Source: a virus
Lineage: Duplodnaviria; Caudoviricetes
Reading direction: 5' to 3' (one strand)
DNA: 42,819 bases
IMG/VR virus record: IMGVR_UViG_3300027852_000075
Location: 1-42,819 of that record
In this document: positions 27,499 to 36,527 of the stretch, in pieces
Layout: each line of letters begins with the position of its first letter
Numbering within the stretch: the stretch's first letter is position 1
The notes under the pieces: model-generated
Databases searched by the model: none
What the model was told of the DNA's origin: nothing
Seen by the model: only the letters and a program-made list of their open reading frames with translations
Program-made: the position numbers and the translations under genes

Positions 27499-28992
27499 AT
27501 GCCTGTAATGATCTCCAATCTTAGAGTTCATGGCCCAGCTCTTCTTATCGGGTGGCAGACTGTAGATTATTTTCAACAATATGTACCTAATGATGCCAAG
27601 GCTTTGTTAGGGTTCATATATCATTCTTCTGCTCAACCTTTTGGATCTAAACCTGTAGGGGCAGGGGATGATTGGAATATAACTAGAACAGCTTATGTTT
27701 CTCAGTTGCTAATTCCTGCGATAATGCCTGCAGAGAATGGAGTAATACATGTATATCATACAACCAGTACTTACATATATGTTTATGGGTATCTGGAAGA
27801 TCATGAGATAGAGTTTTTAGATACACCATATTCTTTGGGTGCAGCAGGTGCTGAAACATATCCAAGTAAGATAGATTTATCTGGTGCTGATTTACCTATG
27901 GATACTACTGGAATAATAGCAACTACCCAGTTATCCCCGTATATGGGTACTGTGGATGAAATAAGTGATTGGCGGGACACATTGCAGCCGTATGCACAGA
28001 TAATGAAGTGGGAACGGGGGTATTTAGAAGATTATATATTTGCATATACCACGGCTCCTATTGTGTGGCACAGTACAGCTATTACTCCTTTTAACTTGTC
28101 TACCTCTCCTTTCCACATAGATTTGGATGATAGACATAGTGCTCTGATAATCAATCAATACGCTGATACTGGAGCAGAGATTTATCCTAAAGGTGCTACT
28201 GGTACATGGACTACAAGACAAGATGGGTCTTATCATTTTGAATGTGGGATTACTATGGGGCCCTTGCCGGATGAGGATAGGGCATTAACAGTAACCAGTG
28301 TATCTTCTCCTCTAATATCTCAGGAAGCAATCAAGATACACGGATACTGGGTTAAGTATGGCACAGATAAAATTGAGCCTATGTGGGGACCAGATGAAAT
28401 AGAATATCCTGATTACATAGAAGAAATACGTAAAGTAGGCGGTGGTTTTATAACTGTTAATCAAGAGATGGATCGTGGGTTGTATTCTTATCCTGACCCC
28501 GATAATCTACAGTTTTATTTATCAGGAGGCGCTTCTAATTCTGATCCGGATGATAGTCTTGGTGGGGGAATCTCCAGTACTCCTGTATCATACGGATTGA
28601 ACGCTTTATTCAATGAAGTGGTTGCGAATGACATTCTTCGGGGAAGAAGTACCTACAGATGTTTGTATTTACGTAACATTAGTCTTACAGACACCGCAGT
28701 TGGTTTGTTAGTATGGGCACAAGGTACATTGCAAGGATCTTTTTTTGCTGTAGGGGTAGATCCTGTAGGAGTGGGAGGTATAGCAACTACAATACAAAGT
28801 GAATACTCTGTACCAGTAGGGGTGGAATTCGTAGAAACTTATGGACAGGCATCAGCAGTAAAAATGAGGGTTTTGGACACAGAGGAATATATACCTGTGT
28901 GGATTAGGTTGACCCCGGACACTAATAATACTATGAAGATAGACAATGAAAATTTACAGTTAATGGTAGGCGCTTTAAATAACGGAGGATAG
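27499..28992 (+). CDS. Beta-rich N-terminal region fused to SGGA/PDASLGG family domain
   Basis: C-terminal SGGASNSDPDDSLGG, NALFNEV...STYRCLYLRN, VGVDPVGVGG, PVWIRLTP. Confidence 0.65.
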   Translation: MPVMISNLRVHGPALLIGWQTVDYFQQYVPNDAKALLGFIYHSSAQPFGSKPVGAGDDWNITRTAYVSQLLIPAIMPAENGVIHVYHTTSTYIYVYGYLEDHEIEFLDTPYSLGAAGAETYPSKIDLSGADLPMDTTGIIATTQLSPYMGTVDEISDWRDTLQPYAQIMKWERGYLEDYIFAYTTAPIVWHSTAITPFNLSTSPFHIDLDDRHSALIINQYADTGAEIYPKGATGTWTTRQDGSYHFECGITMGPLPDEDRALTVTSVSSPLISQEAIKIHGYWVKYGTDKIEPMWGPDEIEYPDYIEEIRKVGGGFITVNQEMDRGLYSYPDPDNLQFYLSGGASNSDPDDSLGGGISSTPVSYGLNALFNEVVANDILRGRSTYRCLYLRNISLTDTAVGLLVWAQGTLQGSFFAVGVDPVGVGGIATTIQSEYSVPVGVEFVETYGQASAVKMRVLDTEEYIPVWIRLTPDTNNTMKIDNENLQLMVGALNNGG

Positions 28993-28993
28993 T

Positions 28994-29341
28994 ATGCAAT
29001 TGTTTAGTAATTATGCTCAGACCACGCTGGCCTCTGGTATAACAGATTCGGCTACAACTTTTACTGTTGTATCCACAGAAGGAGGTATGTTTGCAGCACC
29101 TACTGATGGAGATTTTCAGTTAGTAACTTTGACAGATGGTAATAATTGGGAAGTTGTAAAGGTAAGTGGTAGAGTAGGTGATGTATTTACGATAGTAAGA
29201 GAGCACGAAGGGGTAGCTCAGGCATGGAGTGCAGGAGTTTTTGTCAAGGCTCAGATAACTAAAGCAACTTTGTTGGGGATGCATCAGGATGAAGTTTACG
29301 GAGCTTCACTTGCATTGTTTAATTATCAGAATTTTAGATAA
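28994..29341 (+). CDS. Stand-alone fibre anchor-like domain protein
   Basis: QLFSNYAQTTLASGI...FQLVTL...WEVVKVSGRVGD...VREHEG...WSAG, homologous to the N-termini of 31751 and 34953. RBS GGAGG. Confidence 0.65.
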   Translation: MQLFSNYAQTTLASGITDSATTFTVVSTEGGMFAAPTDGDFQLVTLTDGNNWEVVKVSGRVGDVFTIVREHEGVAQAWSAGVFVKAQITKATLLGMHQDEVYGASLALFNYQNFR

Positions 29342-29353
29342 CAGGAGTAAATT

Positions 29354-29779
29354 ATGGCAGCTAATATTAAGCCAATCTTTGTACAGACACCGAGATCAGG
29401 GTTAGTAAAATTATCTACGTCTGCTACTGATGTAGACGGGGCCAGTTCTACATTATTATTTCAGCCAGGTACTGACGGATCACGAATTCATAGCATTTCT
29501 GCTACTCCTACAGATGATCTATCTGCGGATGTAGTGGTAAGGTTCTTTATAAAGAAAGTAACTACTTACTATATATTGGCGGAAAAAGAAGTCCCTGCAT
29601 ATACCGCAGCAGCTAATGTAGCAGCATTGACTACCAGTTTTTTGGAATACTCAGATATGCCTTTTTTGGATTCTTCTGAAAGGTTTTTAACTTTAGGTTC
29701 TGATGAACATCTATACATAGCTCTACTGGCAGTACCGACTAATGCAATACACTTCACTGTAATGGGTGGAGACTACTAA
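29354..29779 (+). CDS. Small beta-sandwich virion protein (putative adaptor)
   Basis: 141 aa; MAANIKPIFVQTP...GSRIHSI...VVRFFI...FTVMGGDY. RBS AGGAG. Confidence 0.6.
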   Translation: MAANIKPIFVQTPRSGLVKLSTSATDVDGASSTLLFQPGTDGSRIHSISATPTDDLSADVVVRFFIKKVTTYYILAEKEVPAYTAAANVAALTTSFLEYSDMPFLDSSERFLTLGSDEHLYIALLAVPTNAIHFTVMGGDY

Positions 29780-31284
29780 TGCGAGGCGGGGGGTTTAAAG
29801 GATTCCCCCGGACACGGGTATTTAAGCGCAAACATGTAGAGCGCGTAGAGCATGCTGTCACCTCTACTAAGGGAGTAGGTGGCATACGGTATATTACAAC
29901 AGGTCAGATTACCACAGATGCGGGGAATGACTATACCCCAACTTGGGTGCAAGTGTGGGGTATATTTAATGGGATCTATCAGGACTCCTATGCTGCTGTT
30001 ATTGATCTTGGCGTACCTGGTACTTTGGCCTGGGTATCTTTTTCTGTCTACGATGTAGAATGGAGCGGTTCTTTAGTCTACCAACGCATAGATTTGGGTT
30101 ATTCACATGATAATGTCCGGTGGTACACACATTCAGGTAAACACTATTTATGGCAACACTTGTTTTCTACCGGGGAGAGTTGGGGAAGGGTTCTTATCAC
30201 ACAACCCGTACCCAAGGCTAGGTATTGGCGCATACTTAAACAAAGTAGCCCAGTATATAGTGCTTTGGAAATATGGGATTTCTCGGTAGGTACTATCAAG
30301 GAAAGAGATCCAGCAGTATTAGTCGATACAGAATACCCCAGAAAAGAGAAACTAAATATTAGCGGCGTTTTTTACGAACATCACCCTAATCAGATACACA
30401 TAGGCAAAACTTTAAATTTTGGCTGGTCCCCGGAGTACCTGATGTTTTCGTGTGCCCAATCGGAAGTAGGGGATGAATGTTACCCTACCACTTTGGAGTA
30501 TATGAAGTACATAAGAAAAGAATCCGACTGGTATAATAAATCGAAGATAACCCAGTTACTCACTCACGGGGTATGTATAAGTGAGATGCAAAGATCTTTA
30601 TCTTCTTACGACACATTTCATCCTAATGCTGCATATTTTATAAGTTCATCTCTTAATGATGTAGCAATGTATGTATCAGCATTTCGATCTCTAGTGAGTG
30701 ATGGGGTATATGTATCTAAAAATTTTAAAGTTGGAAGCAATAAAACTTTGCATAATTTAGCAGAAGTACCTGATCTAGTGTTTATGTACGATTCCACGGA
30801 TGGTTATACTTTGTTACATAAAAGCGCTCCTAATGATGTAATTTATTTTTCTGGTAGTAAAGTACCAACAGCAAGAAGTACTGCAAAGATACAAGTATCA
30901 GCAGCCCGTATAGACCATAATCTTACGGTAGCTGGAGATACTTTTCATGCGTTATGCCTTATGGCACAAACAGGAAGTAGGGCGTTTGGAACCTATACAG
31001 GGAATGGTCTTGTTGCTGGTCCTTCAGTATCTGGTCTAGGATTTAAACCGTCTTTTGTTGCTGTTTTTAAGTACAAGGCTGCGGAAGCCTCGAAAGCTTC
31101 TATAGCTTTTACTCTAGGAGCAGCAGCTACAACATTTATAGGTCCTAGAGCGTTTCTGGACAGTGGGGCAACAACAACTAGTATGGATGTAGATGCAACC
31201 GGGTTTACTGTTACATCTGCTCATGCAGATATAAATGAGAGTGGGGTAACTTATCTTTACTGGGCCATGGACCCCGAAGCGTAA
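29779..31284 (+). CDS. Putative adhesin: discoidin-like domain plus YTGNG/GFKP-type repeats
   Basis: VIDLGVP...YSHDNVRW...KARYWRI, then FGWSPEYLMF, HNLAEVPDLVF and GTYTGNG...LGFKPSFV...GFTV...INESGVTYLYWA. Confidence 0.6.
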   Translation: MRGGGFKGFPRTRVFKRKHVERVEHAVTSTKGVGGIRYITTGQITTDAGNDYTPTWVQVWGIFNGIYQDSYAAVIDLGVPGTLAWVSFSVYDVEWSGSLVYQRIDLGYSHDNVRWYTHSGKHYLWQHLFSTGESWGRVLITQPVPKARYWRILKQSSPVYSALEIWDFSVGTIKERDPAVLVDTEYPRKEKLNISGVFYEHHPNQIHIGKTLNFGWSPEYLMFSCAQSEVGDECYPTTLEYMKYIRKESDWYNKSKITQLLTHGVCISEMQRSLSSYDTFHPNAAYFISSSLNDVAMYVSAFRSLVSDGVYVSKNFKVGSNKTLHNLAEVPDLVFMYDSTDGYTLLHKSAPNDVIYFSGSKVPTARSTAKIQVSAARIDHNLTVAGDTFHALCLMAQTGSRAFGTYTGNGLVAGPSVSGLGFKPSFVAVFKYKAAEASKASIAFTLGAAATTFIGPRAFLDSGATTTSMDVDATGFTVTSAHADINESGVTYLYWAMDPEA

Positions 31285-31751
31285 TGTTTGGATTTGGATC
31301 ACCACCACGTGGCTGGCCTACTAAGGAACCGTATTTTAATCGTAGGGTAGGAGCTGCCTATGCCTACTGGAGATACAGATGTATATGGAACGAGTGTGAT
31401 GTTTTCAATCTTCGTGATTATAGTTATCCTTATTTCAAGGAGTTTAATAAAAATATTGAGGTTATATTGAAAGATGCTGCTGGTAATAGCTTAATGGCTT
31501 CTGCTACTGTGATTACTACTGGGGATGAAGGGTACCCTGGTACAGAAGAATTTATGTATTATATGTTTTTTCCATTCAAAGTAGTGCCTAAAAGTTATGA
31601 TGTAGAAGTATCGCATGTTAGAACTAATATGGTTTTAGAATTTTCTCCGGATAATATATACTGGTTCGAAGCCCACAAGTACTATATAAAGCCAGAACTA
31701 GATGCAGGATATTATAACAACACACTTAACAGAACTTTTGAGATTGTCTAA
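31284..31751 (+). CDS. Small discoidin-like protein (putative adhesin)
   Basis: AYAYWRY...MVLEFSPDNIYW resembles the N-terminal domain of 25727; TAATG coupling on both sides. Confidence 0.5.
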   Translation: MFGFGSPPRGWPTKEPYFNRRVGAAYAYWRYRCIWNECDVFNLRDYSYPYFKEFNKNIEVILKDAAGNSLMASATVITTGDEGYPGTEEFMYYMFFPFKVVPKSYDVEVSHVRTNMVLEFSPDNIYWFEAHKYYIKPELDAGYYNNTLNRTFEIV

Positions 31752-33364
31752 TGGCTAATCAATTATTTGCTAATAATGCTTCGGTGCAACTTATCAGTAC
31801 TTTTGGTATAGGTGTCTCTACTTTGGTTTTACCGGAAGGTACAGGAGATTTATTCCCGGTCATAGGTACTGATCAGTATTTTCTTGTGACATTGCACACA
31901 GTAAATTACGATCAATGGGAGATAATAAAGGTCAATGCTAGAAGCGGGGACACACTGTCTTCCATAGATAGAGCTTATGAAGGTATTCAGTATGCATGGT
32001 CAGCAGGTGAATATGCTTCTACCAACATCACTCGAAAAACTATGGAGTTGATTCATTCTATTCTGGTAACTGCACAAACAAAGTCAGATGATGCCTCTAA
32101 TCAGTTAACTACGATACTTAGAACTGTGTATGGGTACCCAGATGTAAATATAACCTATGATGATGCCCCAGGTAGTACGTTTGCTCCAGATGCTAGTGAT
32201 AGTAATGTGCAACACATAGTTTTAGACCAAGCTGTTACGGTAGGTATGCCAATTTGGGAGTCTTTGGGCACTAAACAGGTAATACAACTATACCTGGTTT
32301 CTAATAATTACACGGCAACTTGGAACGGAAGTTACAACTGGATCGGGTCTACTCCTACACTGTCTGGAGATCAGACTTATGTACTGGAAATATCTACGAT
32401 AGACGCAGGTACCACTACATACATTAAACATATAGATACTTACACAGTTAATTCTGATCGTGTTCCAGAAGTGTTTGCAGGGTATGCTATAGGTTTGGCA
32501 GCCAATGCAAATGACTGGAGTGTGGATAAGATTGATATGCTTACGCATACTATCAGTGAACGGTATGTGCAATTTAGGTATTTTGAAAGTGATGGAACTA
32601 GACTTACTCAGGATTGGGGCGCAAACTGGGTGGGGGTAGCTACTAATATGGTAGATACTCTTTACGGTTTTGGGGGGCAGATATACGGAGCTGGTACCAC
32701 TTCTGCTTTGTTTAAATTCACTCCTCAGACAGAGGTGTCCTCTTATATAAATTCTTTAAAGTACTCCACTAATCTTGTTTGTTGCACGGCAGCCCATGAT
32801 GTTAGCACTCAGAATAATTACATAAATGTGTCGAGTAGTTCTCTTAATAATTCTATGGAAAAGTTTTCCTATATAGAGGTCCTAACTGTACTAGGAGATG
32901 GGGAATATCAGACAAAACAGACAGCAGTGTGTGATGATGGCACTAAATACTACGGTATAGGTGGAGATCATGGTAGCAGTACCACTTGGTTTAAATTTAC
33001 CTTTGCTACTGAAGTAGTAGCACAGCAAGGGGCCATAGGGTACACCGTATTCGGAAATGCTATGAGTGCTAATGATAATTCAGGGACTAACGCCTTCTAC
33101 TGGGTGAAAAACAATACCACTTCTAAATTAGTGTTCTCCACGGACACATTATCTTCGGCTACTGGGGACCCAGCCACTTCTTTTACTGTTACTCCACGAG
33201 CCTGTATAAATGATAAATTATCGGATGCTGCTTTAGTAGGGGAATCTCCTATAGGTAATTTGTTTAACTACTCTGCAGAAACCTTAACAAGAACAACTGC
33301 GTTTGATGTAACCAATACTACAGGCATTGTACCTGGATATGGAGCAGATCATGCACACACATGA
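31751..33364 (+). CDS. Tail fibre-like protein: anchor domain, adaptor-like domain and putative beta-propeller
   Basis: N-terminal QLFANNA...YFLVTL...WEIIKVNARSGD; middle TWNGSYNWIGSTPTLS...TIDAGTT; C-terminal repeats YGFGG...LFKFTPQTE, YGIGG...WFKFTFATE, SKLVFSTD. Confidence 0.65.
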   Translation: MANQLFANNASVQLISTFGIGVSTLVLPEGTGDLFPVIGTDQYFLVTLHTVNYDQWEIIKVNARSGDTLSSIDRAYEGIQYAWSAGEYASTNITRKTMELIHSILVTAQTKSDDASNQLTTILRTVYGYPDVNITYDDAPGSTFAPDASDSNVQHIVLDQAVTVGMPIWESLGTKQVIQLYLVSNNYTATWNGSYNWIGSTPTLSGDQTYVLEISTIDAGTTTYIKHIDTYTVNSDRVPEVFAGYAIGLAANANDWSVDKIDMLTHTISERYVQFRYFESDGTRLTQDWGANWVGVATNMVDTLYGFGGQIYGAGTTSALFKFTPQTEVSSYINSLKYSTNLVCCTAAHDVSTQNNYINVSSSSLNNSMEKFSYIEVLTVLGDGEYQTKQTAVCDDGTKYYGIGGDHGSSTTWFKFTFATEVVAQQGAIGYTVFGNAMSANDNSGTNAFYWVKNNTTSKLVFSTDTLSSATGDPATSFTVTPRACINDKLSDAALVGESPIGNLFNYSAETLTRTTAFDVTNTTGIVPGYGADHAHT

Positions 33365-34109
33365 AGATTTAACAAAAAAACAATTTACTAAATATTTGGA
33401 TGCTTGTGCCCAATCTCAATCTAACTATGCCATAGAACATTTGATTGACGGTGCTCAATTGACCCCGGAGAGGAGATTTCGACAGGCAGTTATTGAATTG
33501 AAGACTGCAAGATTCAATACGGCTACATCTAAGTATGAACTAGATAAAGCGGAATTAGATCTAGAGGCTGCTAGACAAAAAGCAGCAATATTTATGCACC
33601 CTCTTGTTTTTTGGTTAGTGCGGATATCTCATAGGTTAGCTAGAACTAAAAAGAGAGCAGATCTGGAGGTGCACTTTAAGGAGCAGAATATAGAGGAAAT
33701 GCATAGATCTCTTTTGAGTAGGCGTAGAGAGATGGAAATACATTTACATGCTGTATTGAAGTATCAGGAAGAGCTAGGATTTACTAATGACACATCCTCT
33801 GATGAGGTATACGACAGAATTCAAGCTGCGGAAGGGGAGTACTACACTATGAAATTATCTCTGGATGCGGCTGCTCATATAGTTAGTCAGCAAGGGGGTC
33901 CTTCTGTAGGAGTTCTGTTAGCTATGCAACAACTTCCAGAATATGATATACACAAGGTAAGTGATCTAGTGAAGCAATTAGCTAACGCTATGAATGGTAA
34001 TGAATACCAGCCAGGGTTACACGGTATTGAAGAATTCAAAAAGCTGATCAACCCCCCGAAGGTGGAGGAAAGTAATGGCGTTGTCAAAATATCTAGCCAA
34101 CGAACTTAA
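33351..34109 (+). CDS. Coiled-coil protein following the propeller fibre (possible assembly chaperone)
   Basis: All-helical charged sequence (TPERRFRQAVIEL...). ATG 33351 follows GGAG; the track TTG start is 33327. Confidence 0.6.
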   Translation: MHTHEDLTKKQFTKYLDACAQSQSNYAIEHLIDGAQLTPERRFRQAVIELKTARFNTATSKYELDKAELDLEAARQKAAIFMHPLVFWLVRISHRLARTKKRADLEVHFKEQNIEEMHRSLLSRRREMEIHLHAVLKYQEELGFTNDTSSDEVYDRIQAAEGEYYTMKLSLDAAAHIVSQQGGPSVGVLLAMQQLPEYDIHKVSDLVKQLANAMNGNEYQPGLHGIEEFKKLINPPKVEESNGVVKISSQRT

Positions 34110-34482
34110 CGATATGGTGCTGCGTAATGCAGCGTGGACACCACCAAGTTCAGTATTCGTAGCTCTATTTACAGGTAGCGGTGGTTTAGATGACAACGCT
34201 CCTGTAGCGGAAATCGTGGGAGGAAGTTATACTAGATTAGAAGTCGGGGGCGCTACTGGTAGAAGTTTTTCTATTTCGTCAGGGAAACGATCAGATAACG
34301 ATGAGATATGGGTAATGCCTACAGCAACCGCAAATTGGGGCACTATCACACACGTAGCCGTAATGAGTGCGGTTAGCAGCGGGAATGTTTTTTACTATGG
34401 AGCCTTAACCACAGCAAAGATAGTTAACTCAGGGGCAACTATGAGATTCTTGGCTGGAGAGTTGGATGCTCTGTTCACCTAA
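34075..34482 (+). CDS. Conserved small phage minor tail/structural protein
   Basis: SKYLANE...VFVALFT...EIVGGSYTR...PTATANWGTITHVAV...GNVFYYGALTTAKIVNSG...FLAGEL. RBS GGAGG. Confidence 0.7.
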   Translation: MALSKYLANELNDMVLRNAAWTPPSSVFVALFTGSGGLDDNAPVAEIVGGSYTRLEVGGATGRSFSISSGKRSDNDEIWVMPTATANWGTITHVAVMSAVSSGNVFYYGALTTAKIVNSGATMRFLAGELDALFT

Positions 34483-34493
34483 GAGGCTAGACC

Positions 34494-34949
34494 ATGGCAA
34501 CAACTACTTGTAGTTTTAACTATTACGAGAATTTTTATAAGCACCAAGGAGCAGGGCACATTGAATTAGATGCAGGTGCTTTCGGTATGTTACTTACTAC
34601 CAGTTCCTACACTCCCAATGCAGATACCCATGAATTTGTAGATGATATCACCAACGAAGTAACTGGTAGTGGATATGCAAGAGAGATACTGACTACTGTT
34701 GCGTACACAGAAATAGGTCCCAGTGGTAAGCATAAATTTACTTCTGATAATCCAGAGTGGTTAGCTTCTGGTGGATCTATAACAGCGTATTATTGGGTAT
34801 TGTACTACAACACTCCAGCAACAGATGCTACTAGGCATCTCATAGCTTATGGGTTTCTTGATGATTCTCCTGCTAATGTGGTTACCGCAGATGGAGAAAC
34901 TCTAACTTTCCAGGTGCATGCAAACGGACATTTCACAGTAGGTGGATAA
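34494..34949 (+). CDS. Conserved small phage structural protein
   Basis: IELDAGAFGMLLTTSSYTPNADTHEFVDDITNEVTGSGY...WLASGGSITAYYWVLY...LIAY. RBS GAGG. Confidence 0.7.
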   Translation: MATTTCSFNYYENFYKHQGAGHIELDAGAFGMLLTTSSYTPNADTHEFVDDITNEVTGSGYAREILTTVAYTEIGPSGKHKFTSDNPEWLASGGSITAYYWVLYYNTPATDATRHLIAYGFLDDSPANVVTADGETLTFQVHANGHFTVGG

Positions 34950-34952
34950 ACC

Positions 34953-36527
34953 ATGGCTACAAAAGAGAATTTTGTTCATGTAACTATAGATGCCACGGTA
35001 AGTATTGGAGCATCCTCTATTGTGGTGGATGCTGGGATATCTCCGTTCAATACTCCGATAGACCCGTCAGGGGAGACTGCTACCCTTGTACTCCTAGACG
35101 ACCCAGATACTCCTACCAAGCTGGAGATCGTTACTTATACCGGGAGAACCGGTTCAGGACCGTACACGCTTACTGGGGTATCTAAAGGTGAGGAGGGGAC
35201 ATCAGATCAATCATGGGCTGCAGGAGATCACGTAATACAGGCCCCAACTGTAGCTTCGGCAGGTGGTAATACGATAGAAGGTGATCTCACAGTAAATAAT
35301 GGTGATGTCCTGGTAACCCAAGATGGGGTGGCTATCCAGAGCATTCAGAGTTTTGGTACTGGCGCGACAGATCGAGGTGTTTTTGCCTTTAGAAGGGCCA
35401 GAGGAACCCAAGTATCACCTGCAGGGATAAATAGCGGGGATGTATTAGGTACTTGGTTTTTTAATGGCACGGCTGACTCTGTTCCTACTTGGGGGGCCGG
35501 AGCTAGAATAGAGGCGATTACCACTCAAGATTGGACGGGATCTGCAAGAGGAACAAAACTTACATTCTCTACCGTAGCTGATGGAACTACAACCCTTACT
35601 GCCCACATGACCATCAATCATGACGGTAATATAGGTATAGGGAATAGTTCTTTACAGGCTTGGTCCTCTATTTATACTGCAATGCAACTAGGGGGCAATT
35701 GTTCTTTTTTTGCAACAACGGCAGAAGGGGCAGGAACCACCAATGCTTATATAAATAATGCTTATTTTGATGGTACTTGGAAATATGTTTCTACTGACGA
35801 GGTATCTTCTTACACTCAAGTTAATGGAGAGCATAGGTTTTATTCAGCCGCTTCTGGAACAGCAGATACGGCTATTTCCTGGAATAATGGAATGCGTTTT
35901 GGTGTCGCTGGGCACCTAAGTATAGGTAAAGCTACTTTTGAGGCATGGGATTCTAGCTACACAGCATTACAGTTGGGTGGTACTACGGCTCTTATGGGAA
36001 CTACATCAGAGGCGGTATCTACTGTAAGTTGTTTTATGAATAATGCGTACTATGACGGAGCATGGAAATACTTAGTTACAGATGAAGCGACAAGATACCA
36101 AGTAGGGAATGGTGAGCATTATTTTTCTATGGCAGCTTCAGGAACGGCTGACACTACCATTACATGGACACATGCTCTTATTGTAGCCATTGATGGTATC
36201 ACTACTACTCTGAAATCTTACGGGGAGACAAAAGAGGCCAAGGGTTCAGTATCTGGAGCCCAGACGTTAAATACTGCTAATGGCAATCTGTTCTCAGTAA
36301 CAGCTACCGGGGCGATCACATTCACTTTCACTACAGCATTTACCACGGTTGGCATAACCTTGAAACTGACTAACGGTGGTACGAATATCACTTGGCCTAC
36401 ATCTGTTGATTGGGCCGGGGGAACAGCTCCTACTCTGACTACTACCGGCGTGGATATACTTACATTCATAACTGATGATGGGGGCACCACTTGGTATGGC
36501 TTCCTGGCTGGAGCTAACTTCTCATGA
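34953..36527 (+). CDS. Tail fibre protein with anchor domain, duplicated shaft module and C-terminal adaptor-like domain
   Basis: N-terminal EIVTYTGR...LTGVSKGEEGT...WAAG; shaft RARGT, MTINHDGNIGIG; duplication at 95-aa offset (NNAYFDGTWKY / NNAYYDGAWKY); C-terminal ITWPTSVDWAGGTAPTLT...VDILTFITDDGGTTWYG. Confidence 0.8.
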   Translation: MATKENFVHVTIDATVSIGASSIVVDAGISPFNTPIDPSGETATLVLLDDPDTPTKLEIVTYTGRTGSGPYTLTGVSKGEEGTSDQSWAAGDHVIQAPTVASAGGNTIEGDLTVNNGDVLVTQDGVAIQSIQSFGTGATDRGVFAFRRARGTQVSPAGINSGDVLGTWFFNGTADSVPTWGAGARIEAITTQDWTGSARGTKLTFSTVADGTTTLTAHMTINHDGNIGIGNSSLQAWSSIYTAMQLGGNCSFFATTAEGAGTTNAYINNAYFDGTWKYVSTDEVSSYTQVNGEHRFYSAASGTADTAISWNNGMRFGVAGHLSIGKATFEAWDSSYTALQLGGTTALMGTTSEAVSTVSCFMNNAYYDGAWKYLVTDEATRYQVGNGEHYFSMAASGTADTTITWTHALIVAIDGITTTLKSYGETKEAKGSVSGAQTLNTANGNLFSVTATGAITFTFTTAFTTVGITLKLTNGGTNITWPTSVDWAGGTAPTLTTTGVDILTFITDDGGTTWYGFLAGANFS

